Positions 8,901 through 14,853 of a DNA stretch of 64,000 bases are shown here, piece by piece. Each line of letters opens with the position of its first letter. Position 1 is the stretch's first letter. The stretch lies in the IMG/VR virus record IMGVR_UViG_3300008954_000038; one strand, written 5' to 3'. The position numbers and the translations under genes are program-made. The DNA is from an uncultured virus (IMG/VR IMGVR_UViG_3300008954_000038). Lineage: Duplodnaviria > Heunggongvirae > Uroviricota > Caudoviricetes. Below the pieces are notes generated by a model that ran no database searches, was not told the DNA's origin, and was given only the letters and a program-made list of their open reading frames with translations.

Positions 8901-10785
8901 CTGGACTTACAAAGCCAAAAACGATGACGGCCACTACTGGTATACTAACAACACTGCAACAAGAATGTGCTTAAACACAAGTGGACAACTTTTTGTTTGT
9001 GGGTGTGTTCAAACACAAGTACTTTGTGGTACTTCTGCTGTTCGAGCCCCGGAAATATGCGCTACTAATTGGTTCAGAAATGCAGACGCCGGGGAAGGCT
9101 TATACAACGAATCTTCTTGTTCTCATTTTTATTCAGCTGGTGATAATTATTGGCATATTAATAACAGGTGTACTGCGAGCTCTGGTGGCCTAGTTTTTTA
9201 CAAAGCTCATAATGCTTCGCAAGGTCATCTTACTAATCGTCGGGGTTACATATATTGGGATGGTACTGCTAATTTTGGTTTATTATCATGCGCTGGAAAT
9301 TGGGGTATAAGGTTAGAAGCTGATACAAATATATGCTTAGGCAAAAGAACCTTTGTATGTACTTGTGTTTGTTCTCCTATAGTTTGTGCTACTTGTCAAT
9401 TTAAGGGTAATTGCCTGCATATTGATGGAGGTACTCAGAACACATTGAGCGATGCGACAGTTTACATTACAGCTACTAACAATGCTGATTGGGGGCTAGT
9501 AGTCAATAAAAATAATAGCAGCGCTTCTGAATATGGTATAGATTCTAGAGTGGGTTCGACTTCTGTTCTCGCTTATAGCGCTTTGTTTGCTGGTACCCGG
9601 AAGTTCTTGGTTGGCTATAATTGTTTGTGTCACAACACTATGATTTGTTCTCCCGCAATCAAAGCTTCTAGTTATATGAATAGTGGGAAGTTCTGTTCTG
9701 GCAGTACTTACATGTGCAATATATGTGCTCACGTAGCTGGTAACGTAACAGCGACTGCATTTTATGGAAGTGGAGCTAATTTAACAAACCTTCCTAGTAG
9801 TGGTTGGAACGCTTCTGGTGGTTGTACATGTACCTCTTGGACAAGTTTGAGAACATCTGTAGGTTATTGTACATTGGAATGTGAAAGTGCTGCTAATAGT
9901 AACAACGTCGTTTTTGGTGGTAATTCTTTCCGTAAAAGCTCGACTGGTGTTGAGAATGCAGTACTTGGTTCTAATGTTGGTAGTTATTCAACAGTTTTCC
10001 CACTTGTTTCGTATAATACGTTCGTAGGTAATCGAATTGCTTCATATCTAGGTGCTAATACATGTTGCAATGCTCAATATAATGTTTCAATGGGATACCA
10101 AAGTATGGCCAATTTATCTACGGGTTGTTATAACACAGCCGTCGGAACGTGGGCATTAATAAGTAATACCAATAGATTGACTTCCAAGATGAATACAGCG
10201 GTAGGTATGTATGCCCTTAAAAGTATTTCAACATCTACTGGTTGTAATACTGCGATAGGGGCATGCGCAGGGTACGCCACCGCTGGTTCTAGAAATACAT
10301 ATATTGGATATAAAGCAGGATATAACCATACCGGGTCTGATACAACGATTATTGGAGCCTGTGGTCAATCGTGTACATGTATATGTGGCAATACATATAT
10401 CGCAGGTTCTTTGAGTAAGAGTTCAGGTTGTTTCTTGATATCACATCCGGATCCAGCAAAGAAGGATAGAATGAATCTATCACATTCTTTTGTCGAATCC
10501 CCAACAGAAGGTGATAATATATATAGATGGCAAGTAAGTACTGAGAATTGCAGAAGCGTTGTTGAGCTTCCAACCTATTATAAATTTTTAAATAAAAATG
10601 ATATGGTTTGGGTATCTCCACATAGGAGCTTTGGGGCAGCTTATGGTAAAGTTACTGAAGATCAGGAATGTTTAATAGTCTGTTCTAATGAAGACGGTTG
10701 CTATAATGTATTATTAATAGGCACACGTAAAGACGAAGCTGTAAGAAATTGGAATGGTGTAGAAAGTTTAGTGATTAATAATTAA
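2926..10785 (+). CDS. Giant cysteine-rich modular tail fibre/adhesin (2619 aa)
   Basis: The start directly abuts the upstream fibre stop. Recognisable fibre modules include a knob-like LYIRKITNNSFGTWYKV, GDISGVTAGAGLAGGGSSGTVTL, two WFRN...GEGLYN units, NTA[VI]G..AL beta-roll repeats and a C-terminal GSLSKSSG.F.I.HP...L.HSFVESP domain. Hand count: about 34 Cys in the first ~390 aa. Confidence 0.8.
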   Translation: MANLLATCATNYGSSTMCWSSTDMKAANFWVCSGSDSFKLDQGGSVFDIWVSDSSISHQPRNILRAYNQGNCIILGQGCSSNTNATIPVYACHCLQSPTITATTRMYTPEIRNPAADAYLDLLSGCHDSGYGGIHIKNCNGSGKGYLYWGGTNSFGLLHCAGGWAVKLNGDTSVYLFYNNSLKLQTTSGGVTVTGGATATTFVCGTTCLKSPIVCATSCIRTESKLKFNYPSNCGPYLETGGTYTAPNLHLKHFNGSTDCTGFSAGRVCGTVCLCSPYICGTSCVKTGRVCICNGNNYLNMVSTCDANYNFSICAMWSWACPLNITSYGSSIIKQCSGHAVTSLWAAGSEIICLCSGGACVAGMVCSPIVCYTNTLCGGRHVDSCNKYYNTSNSVGTNVTTTLDGWYHLLTFSEGQSPFYVSLKSSAHSSSTFAITMAYYGSDVVNINVLGAQYVANSCYPNARCVKVVKDATNSKYVLLVNLYKSSNTTFCGFGLCTSVWSRTGAAPPSLCACLCTTCTACTCLGGVNLTLTGFQTNCCVTASIICGTSCVDAAVVKIPGTQTIELASTTHSLKVKNLGSAGSSGLVLQGSGGAHHLQLYGTGSQYGFLDGAWAGWDIRKTVNGNLDVWVGSSGFICACEGGVSAATCVKSPIVCGTTCVNTPTVCGTSCVRGNLIYGNQNICSAGVLYGAGLWCMPVGGGGNRLLIGTKRALEGTTDGATLGLGEDYTCVWSRAGCFEAAGCVISPIVCGTTCLRGAVICATSCILLCTKGIMGGDAGGGNLNSAENKASAIYYCRYNCAATNKPVTVNNANGILTMLTHSGPYGKQIAFGDNNDLYIRKITNNSFGTWYKVITTYNCGSGDISGVTAGAGLAGGGSSGTVTLCHSDTSSASNIDTSGAAVVNQLNVDTYGHVTTLNTRNLTLANLGYTGATNANYITNNSQLSNGCGYTTVSVGTGSGNAHRGDHGVTAYNHSQSKHLCCTTYWNIDNWLSYNGGGGLYWPACASYHWYPTSNACMTLRNNQTSLAIRFFTSHGADTTMGHLYGDCSHNFGLLDCGGAWRVRVHGTSSISLCNPTCVYGTLTGNGEIRSSTNCTTGSGWATRTAGCIYAGGYIRGQQWVCSDGYLRAGTYVSGYTCVVAGTCMCADSSVCGAQCVKSPIVCATSCVQSVCSKINSTGSEYHALANCSTNELYIQPHTYTRILKGYGYTSSNRKMCASDTSLLIASGGIVCACTALHSPIVCATSSIKSPNISCFWSPLSGNDDWQSSPITIRERGLNSSACNHCKYAPNINFHWGGIYSNSLWMSNDGWLHWGNYDSAGIPATSSGFCTDRLCAVTAVCSPTVCATTCIQSPIVCGTSCVRGEAVYANNCVCANIIKNKAGNAYLNVYSGCTNPGGTLYRDCSGNNRGYVYFDSTANFGLLSCSGSWAVRIIGNTSMMLCKPTCVAGALTGSLTICATTCLCSPIICGTSCVRGGVLQSTGMVTGTCTCGTVCLRTPYLRVDGSSLHCGHTVISSTANSCMPLTLQSAETNTACIGIEFKDNYGSGAYGQTGCLFSCHGDTNLGQTVGFHFGFITSETSLGVVVRNTNAASGFYTGSGNSYINNACVKSPTLCGTTCIRSACLHSTATITGDSGVYSPIICGTTCVRGGVLCATTCAKVNKLCLLNDVSGDMANGIVLGSNAGIPQAAWGESSTTTGRIEIGLPTKDGQGGSVHYGMVQVQVDVYEYNGNNTMSFLVGGHNWGRNWHNKGIHMIGGCTDKTLKLAYHECGGTCNGRYVILIGEPGSSWNYGSVHVRRINNGLYYAGAMDFGTPMYVKRVTCADSYYMNTTGDLRPSSKSMAGYQCALTCSSTAIGCASSCFTAPHVCGTTCIRSACLHSTATITGDSGVYSPIVCGTTCVRGACVHATGNIRGEEICSGSWFRNESSGEGLYNSATGQHFYSDGDDYWNVAGGTSANAIRFRDENAGTVRGVIYANSSNEIGFLDQGQDWTYKAKNDDGHYWYTNNTATRMCLNTSGQLFVCGCVQTQVLCGTSAVRAPEICATNWFRNADAGEGLYNESSCSHFYSAGDNYWHINNRCTASSGGLVFYKAHNASQGHLTNRRGYIYWDGTANFGLLSCAGNWGIRLEADTNICLGKRTFVCTCVCSPIVCATCQFKGNCLHIDGGTQNTLSDATVYITATNNADWGLVVNKNNSSASEYGIDSRVGSTSVLAYSALFAGTRKFLVGYNCLCHNTMICSPAIKASSYMNSGKFCSGSTYMCNICAHVAGNVTATAFYGSGANLTNLPSSGWNASGGCTCTSWTSLRTSVGYCTLECESAANSNNVVFGGNSFRKSSTGVENAVLGSNVGSYSTVFPLVSYNTFVGNRIASYLGANTCCNAQYNVSMGYQSMANLSTGCYNTAVGTWALISNTNRLTSKMNTAVGMYALKSISTSTGCNTAIGACAGYATAGSRNTYIGYKAGYNHTGSDTTIIGACGQSCTCICGNTYIAGSLSKSSGCFLISHPDPAKKDRMNLSHSFVESPTEGDNIYRWQVSTENCRSVVELPTYYKFLNKNDMVWVSPHRSFGAAYGKVTEDQECLIVCSNEDGCYNVLLIGTRKDEAVRNWNGVESLVINN
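3556..9396 (+). repeat. Dispersed SPIVC[GA]T[ST]C linker repeats
   Basis: The exact 15-mer tctcctatagtttgt occurs at 3556, 4024, 4879, 5164, 6403, 6643, 6985, 8605 and 9373. Variants occur at 3751, 6952, 7321, 7759 and 7843. Confidence 0.9.
7771..8639 (+). repeat. 107-bp direct repeat pair flanking an internal fibre module
   Basis: 7771-7877 vs 8533-8639, about 6 mismatches by eye; both encode CGTTCIRSACLHSTATITGDSGVYSPI[IV]CGTTCVR. Confidence 0.92.
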
Positions 10786-10805
10786 ATAAATAAGGAAAAA
10801 ATACA

Positions 10806-11171
10806 ATGGGATTAAAAAAAGGCATAACATTAATAGGCGGAATAGATTTGCCAGATGCTTATCATAGAATAAAGGAAGCGCAATTAGAGCTAACATCTAA
10901 TGTCGAGCTTGAGTTAAATGAAGACGGTGAATCTACTTCGGTAGTCATAAGAGAAGATTCTTCGTTTTCGGTACAACTTGCTTCTTATAAAGATTACACC
11001 TATAGGTCAACTTCAGCAGAGCCAGCTGCTATAAGAGAACGGCATTATAGTTTACCCCTGTCTGCTTTAAATGATCTCTCTTCTTCGTCTAGTGATTCTA
11101 TAAAAACTAAAATCTACACATATTTAAAAACACTAGATGAATTCTCTGGAGCAGAAGATGTTCTTGAGTAA
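10806..11171 (+). CDS. Small fibre-associated protein (putative fibre assembly chaperone)
   Basis: 121 aa, directly downstream of the fibre, with AAGGA upstream. G.DLPDAYHRI...IYTYLKTLDEFSGAEDV resembles small proteins commonly found after phage fibre genes. Confidence 0.6.
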   Translation: MGLKKGITLIGGIDLPDAYHRIKEAQLELTSNVELELNEDGESTSVVIREDSSFSVQLASYKDYTYRSTSAEPAAIRERHYSLPLSALNDLSSSSSDSIKTKIYTYLKTLDEFSGAEDVLE

Positions 11172-11731
11172 TGTTAGATTTAAAAGATTATTTTAAAAAA
11201 ATATATCTGATAACTAGTTATCACACCAAAGACAGGCTTGATCGGACTCTTTCTCATCTTAAGAAGAATGGAATAGAGCCAGAATTATTTATAGCCCCTT
11301 TCAAATATTACTTTCCTCATTTTCATAAGTTTAATACAGAGAATGTATGGCCCGGAAAACTATCTCTTGCGTGTGCGTATGAACAATTGTTTCAAAAATG
11401 TATATTAGAAAATACAAAAACAGCATTATTCATAGAAGACGATGTTCTTTTAATGGATGGATGGCAAGATAGAATAAAGGTAGAATGGGAATTGGATAAC
11501 TGGTGGTATGTCGTTAAGGCTGACGCGCAGACTCATTTTTTTGGCATGAAGCAGGAAGCTATGAAAGAGTATTTGAATCGGTTTGCTATGAATTTTAATT
11601 CCATAGACTTTCAAATAAATATGCTAAAATCTGTCAGAACTTCAGATTGTATAGCTAAGCAAAGAAGCATCGAAGGGGTAACTCCTTCTGCAATTGACGT
11701 AGAATCAGATAAATACAGACTTAAATTTTAA
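11171..11731 (+). CDS. Glycosyltransferase family 25-like protein (short, GT-A)
   Basis: FKKIYLIT...KDRLDR...ELFIA...GKLSLACAY...ALFIEDDV follows the GT25 (LgtB/Lic2A-type) pattern YVINL..R.DR...G..GC..SH...ALILEDD. Coupled to the upstream gene by a TAATG overlap. Confidence 0.7.
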   Translation: MLDLKDYFKKIYLITSYHTKDRLDRTLSHLKKNGIEPELFIAPFKYYFPHFHKFNTENVWPGKLSLACAYEQLFQKCILENTKTALFIEDDVLLMDGWQDRIKVEWELDNWWYVVKADAQTHFFGMKQEAMKEYLNRFAMNFNSIDFQINMLKSVRTSDCIAKQRSIEGVTPSAIDVESDKYRLKF

Positions 11732-11759
11732 ACATTTTTTAGTCTAAACAAGTCTATTG

Positions 11760-11768
11760 TGTTATAAT
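11760..11768 (+). promoter_or_regulatory. Extended -10 promoter (TG-N-TATAAT), likely leaderless
   Basis: tgttataat at 11760-11768; the GTG start at 11775 follows after a 6-nt gap and there is no Shine-Dalgarno sequence. Confidence 0.55.
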
Positions 11769-11774
11769 TAAGTA

Positions 11775-12842
11775 GTGAACGACAAAAACATTATCTTCCA
11801 TGTAGAGGGCGGAATCGGCAAGAATATTATGGCAACTGCGGTCGCAGCAGCCATTAAAAAGAAGCACCCAGACAGAGATATTATCACCATCGGCTCTTGG
11901 CCAGCTATCTGGTTTAATAACCCAAATGTCGAGAGATTTTACCAATTAGGTAATACTCCTTACATTTTTGAAGATTATATTAGAGATAAAGATACTCTAA
12001 TTTACAAACAAGAACCATACCACCACCACGGTTATATCAATAAAAAAGTTCATTGTATTCAAGCTTGGTGCGAGCTTCTTGGGGTTGACTATAACAACGA
12101 AAAGCCAGAATTTTATTTAACTCATTCGGAGTCAGAACAGGCCAGAATGCAGTTCGGTTCTTCTGATAAGCCTATTTTCTTAATTCAAACAAATGGTGGT
12201 CCAATGGGTCCAGACAGAGCCCCCATGTCTTGGGTTAGAGATGCGCCTTTGCCAACTGTTTTAAAAATGATTGAGCCTTTTGCTCAGGATTACAACCTTG
12301 TTCAAATAAGAACAGAAAATCAACCCGGCTTTCAAGATATGCCTTGGATAGCGAGCCCTAATATTAGAGAAATTATAGCTCTTTTAAAATGGTCGAGCAA
12401 GAGGTTGCTTATTGATAGCTTTGCTCAACATGCAGCTATGGCTTTCGGTAAAAAGTCGACCGTGCTTTGGCCAATGGATAATGTAAAAGCTTTAGGTTAC
12501 GAGTTTCATGATAATATTGTATCAAATGTAACTTTAAAGAAAACTCATTTGATTGATAGTTATTTAGGTGATTTGGACATATCTGGCCAACCTCATATGT
12601 GCCCATTTAAGGATGATGATATTTTTGATGTAGACAAAGCTATTAAAAGTTTGAAGAGACAAAAGGATACTAAGTTCCCGAAGAGCATGATGAATATGGC
12701 TCCACAACAAATGCAGCAACAGGGGTGTGGGCCGGGACAGCCTTGTCCGCCTCAAGGTGCGCCACAACAGGGAATGCCCATGGCTCCGATGCAGCCACAA
12801 CAGGCTCCAATTTCTCAACCCGAACCCGTCACAACAACTTAA
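11775..12842 (+). CDS. Glycosyltransferase family 9-like (heptosyltransferase-like, GT-B) with Q/P/M-rich tail
   Basis: N-terminal GGIGKNIMATAVAAAIKKKHPDRDII...FNNPNV (GT9 GLGD-type loop). C-terminal IREIIALLKWSSKRLLIDSFAQHAAMAFGKKSTVLW matches the DS..H.A.A motif. Confidence 0.75.
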   Translation: MNDKNIIFHVEGGIGKNIMATAVAAAIKKKHPDRDIITIGSWPAIWFNNPNVERFYQLGNTPYIFEDYIRDKDTLIYKQEPYHHHGYINKKVHCIQAWCELLGVDYNNEKPEFYLTHSESEQARMQFGSSDKPIFLIQTNGGPMGPDRAPMSWVRDAPLPTVLKMIEPFAQDYNLVQIRTENQPGFQDMPWIASPNIREIIALLKWSSKRLLIDSFAQHAAMAFGKKSTVLWPMDNVKALGYEFHDNIVSNVTLKKTHLIDSYLGDLDISGQPHMCPFKDDDIFDVDKAIKSLKRQKDTKFPKSMMNMAPQQMQQQGCGPGQPCPPQGAPQQGMPMAPMQPQQAPISQPEPVTTT

Positions 12843-12846
12843 AAAA

Positions 12847-12859
12847 AGTGTATCTATAA
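12847..12859 (+). promoter_or_regulatory. Variant of AGTGTAAT-N3-TA upstream motif (putative late promoter)
   Basis: agtgtatctataa upstream of the ORF at 12876; weaker match than the other copies. Confidence 0.4.
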
Positions 12860-12875
12860 ATAAGGAAACAATAAA

Positions 12876-13202
12876 ATGGCAATTGAATATGAATTCTCAA
12901 GAGTAAATCCGCTTTGCACATGCGATTCAGATGGATCTAATACTAAAACTCACAAAATAGAAGTAAGTATGAAAGCTTCTGAAACTGGTGCTGGTGGTCA
13001 TGTTTTTGAGGCTTATGCTAATGGAGATATAGAACTTACCGGAGATGATTGCATTGATCCTACTGGGTTAGATTTGGCAACCTTGCTAAACGATTACGCG
13101 ACCGAAAATAATTGGAAAACTGATCTAGCTGCTTCGATTAGCGCCCAACAAGCCGAAGCTCATGAGTGGACAGGTCACTTAGTTTCACCGGCAGTTTCAT
13201 AA
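12876..13202 (+). CDS. Small acidic fibre-associated protein, paralog 1 (CxC motif)
   Basis: MAIEYEFSRVNPLCTCD...WKTDLAASISAQQAE; aligns by eye with the next ORF and resembles small phage proteins ending in L.AQI.AQK.P that flank fibre genes. Confidence 0.65.
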   Translation: MAIEYEFSRVNPLCTCDSDGSNTKTHKIEVSMKASETGAGGHVFEAYANGDIELTGDDCIDPTGLDLATLLNDYATENNWKTDLAASISAQQAEAHEWTGHLVSPAVS

Positions 13203-13216
13203 GGAGAATTTTTAAA

Positions 13217-13531
13217 ATGGCTATAGAATATACATTTAGTAGAGTTGAGGCAAAATGCGTTTGTAAAGACGGAGACCCAGATGAGGGTAAAGTTTGCGAA
13301 GTTGTAGTAGGGATGACCGCTGTAGATGGAGACCATAGCGCGTATATTGACACTACGGTTTCGTTAACTGGTGATGCTAGGAAGGCTCCGGCTGACTTAG
13401 ATCTTTCCGCAATTTGTAATGGAGCAGCTACCGACGGGGACTGGAAAACTTCTCTTGAGTCGCAAATTAGCTCACAAAAAGAAGCACCTGAGAGCTGGTC
13501 GGGAGTATTGACTACTCCGTCTGTGTTGTAA
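13217..13531 (+). CDS. Small acidic fibre-associated protein, paralog 2 (CxC motif); start corrected to 13217
   Basis: AAGGAG lies upstream of the ATG at 13217. MAIEYTFSRVEAKCVCKD...WKTSLESQISSQKEAP aligns with paralog 1 from its first residue. Confidence 0.7.
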   Translation: MAIEYTFSRVEAKCVCKDGDPDEGKVCEVVVGMTAVDGDHSAYIDTTVSLTGDARKAPADLDLSAICNGAATDGDWKTSLESQISSQKEAPESWSGVLTTPSVL

Positions 13532-13576
13532 TTTTTTTTTGATTTTTATCAGCTTACTTAGTATCACTTTATTGAT

Positions 13577-13786
13577 ATGAGTGAAGATAATACACCCAAC
13601 CCAGACGAACAACAGGGAGCGGCCCCCGCAGAGGGAGCTGCACCGACTACTCCGACTCCAGAGCAGGCACTTAATACGCTTGCTGCTGCAGCACGTCAGG
13701 CCAGATTGACTTATGATGAGCACGCCGCAGTTGACGGTTGTGCTAGGGTTTTGGCCGAATTGGTGCAAGCTGCACCGGCTGAGTAA
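13577..13786 (+). CDS. Hypothetical 69-aa protein
   Basis: ATG start, disordered P/A/E-rich N-terminus then a helical segment (EQALNTLAAAARQARLTYDEHAAVDGCARVLAELV); followed by a terminator. Confidence 0.6.
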   Translation: MSEDNTPNPDEQQGAAPAEGAAPTTPTPEQALNTLAAAARQARLTYDEHAAVDGCARVLAELVQAAPAE

Positions 13787-13821
13787 GCGGTAAGATTGTT
13801 GTTCAGTTCTGTATCGAATAC

Positions 13822-13852
13822 AAAGGGCGACCTATTTTGGTTGCCCTTTTTT
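13822..13852 (+). terminator. Rho-independent terminator
   Basis: aaagggcgacc-tatttt-ggttgcccttt hairpin (one G-U pair) running into a T tract. Confidence 0.8.
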
Positions 13853-13860
13853 CCTTTATT

Positions 13861-13873
13861 AGTGTAATATCTA
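13861..13873 (+). promoter_or_regulatory. AGTGTAAT-N3-TA motif (putative late promoter)
   Basis: agtgtaatatcta lies just after the terminator and 3 nt before the ATG at 13877. Confidence 0.6.
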
Positions 13874-13876
13874 CAG

Positions 13877-14413
13877 ATGAAGGTTGTCGACATAGCGGAT
13901 GAAATTTTCAGGGAAGCAGGTGAACCGGCTGCTTATTCAATAGCTTCAATATCTTACTGGGTTAGAGCTAATATAGGCCGTCTAAACAGTCACATTAATA
14001 CTTTTTTTGAAATAGATTCTAGTACTCACGAAATAATTCAAAATATAGATGAAAAAAACGATGGGACTCTGGTCGAAAAAGAGATTACAATAGACGCAGC
14101 AGCTATATTAAAAAGAATGTTTCTTATTCATTATTATGATAGAGAAATTAGAACTAATATAACAAATGCTGGAACAGATACTATTGTACAGGTAACAGAC
14201 CAAGGGTCAACTGTTAGAAAAATCAATAAAAACGAAGTTGTAAAATCTTTAACAACTTTAAAGAAGCAAGAGTATGATGAAATGCGCGCCCTAATCAGTG
14301 ACTATCGCAGGGCAGAGTTCAGGCCTAGGCAAATAGTTGGTGATGATACTATCAAGGGCGTACATGGAGGAGATAATCAATTTGTCCGAACGGAAGTATA
14401 CACAGTTAGCTAA
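13877..14413 (+). CDS. Putative head-tail adaptor/connector protein
   Basis: 178 aa, mostly helical; first of four TAATG-coupled genes before the tail tube. Assigned by synteny. Confidence 0.5.
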   Translation: MKVVDIADEIFREAGEPAAYSIASISYWVRANIGRLNSHINTFFEIDSSTHEIIQNIDEKNDGTLVEKEITIDAAAILKRMFLIHYYDREIRTNITNAGTDTIVQVTDQGSTVRKINKNEVVKSLTTLKKQEYDEMRALISDYRRAEFRPRQIVGDDTIKGVHGGDNQFVRTEVYTVS

Positions 14414-14853
14414 TGCCAAGTCTAATATCAGAAACAGAAAAGAATAATTTAACTGGTATTTTTAATGATATTTTTGATACCTTTAAAAGGGATATAGTCG
14501 TACATAAAGAGCCTAAAAAGGTTATCTCTCAAATTAATACTTCTTCTCTATTTGGTTATGGAGACCCGGCTAGTTCTGTAAACTATACATATCAGCCTGT
14601 TTCTGGTGTTTTCCAAGCTACTATTAGATATAATTTAGACCAAGAAACTGAAAGATTGGGAGATATTCCTAGTCAAGTATCTGTGGGGGGAGTCTTCATA
14701 AAAGTGCAAGAAACTGCTAGAGATTTCATAAACAAAGGAAAAACAGAGAAGGTAACTTTTGATAATAAATCATTTAAAGTAATATCAGAAGATGCAAATA
14801 AAAGCTTCTTAAATAGTAAGTTTTTTGTATATAAATTGGAGGCCACAAAGTAA
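14413..14853 (+). CDS. Putative head-closure (stopper) protein
   Basis: 146 aa, beta-rich (KVTFDNKSFKVIS...FFVYKLEATK); second position in the neck cluster. Confidence 0.5.
   Translation: MPSLISETEKNNLTGIFNDIFDTFKRDIVVHKEPKKVISQINTSSLFGYGDPASSVNYTYQPVSGVFQATIRYNLDQETERLGDIPSQVSVGGVFIKVQETARDFINKGKTEKVTFDNKSFKVISEDANKSFLNSKFFVYKLEATK

Noticed and set aside
3556..9396. CRISPR-like array suggested by short repeats with unique intervening sequence
   Set aside because: Spacing is irregular (tens to over 1000 bp), the repeats are in-frame coding motifs, and there are no cas genes.
2926..10785. Diversity-generating retroelement or invertase shufflon acting on the fibre repeats
   Set aside because: No reverse transcriptase or site-specific recombinase is in the window. 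The repeats are direct, and mismatches in the 107-bp pair are mostly C/T synonymous changes, not adenine-specific.
2926..10785. Cys excess as an artefact of TGT/TGC codon reassignment or of eukaryotic origin
   Set aside because: Neighbouring genes have ordinary Cys levels, the ORF at 60700 uses Cys in canonical CxxC motifs, and the modules and gene context are phage-like.
13532..13545. T9 tract after the ORF ending at 13531 as a terminator or phase-variable site
   Set aside because: It has no preceding hairpin and is intergenic; nothing supports a function.
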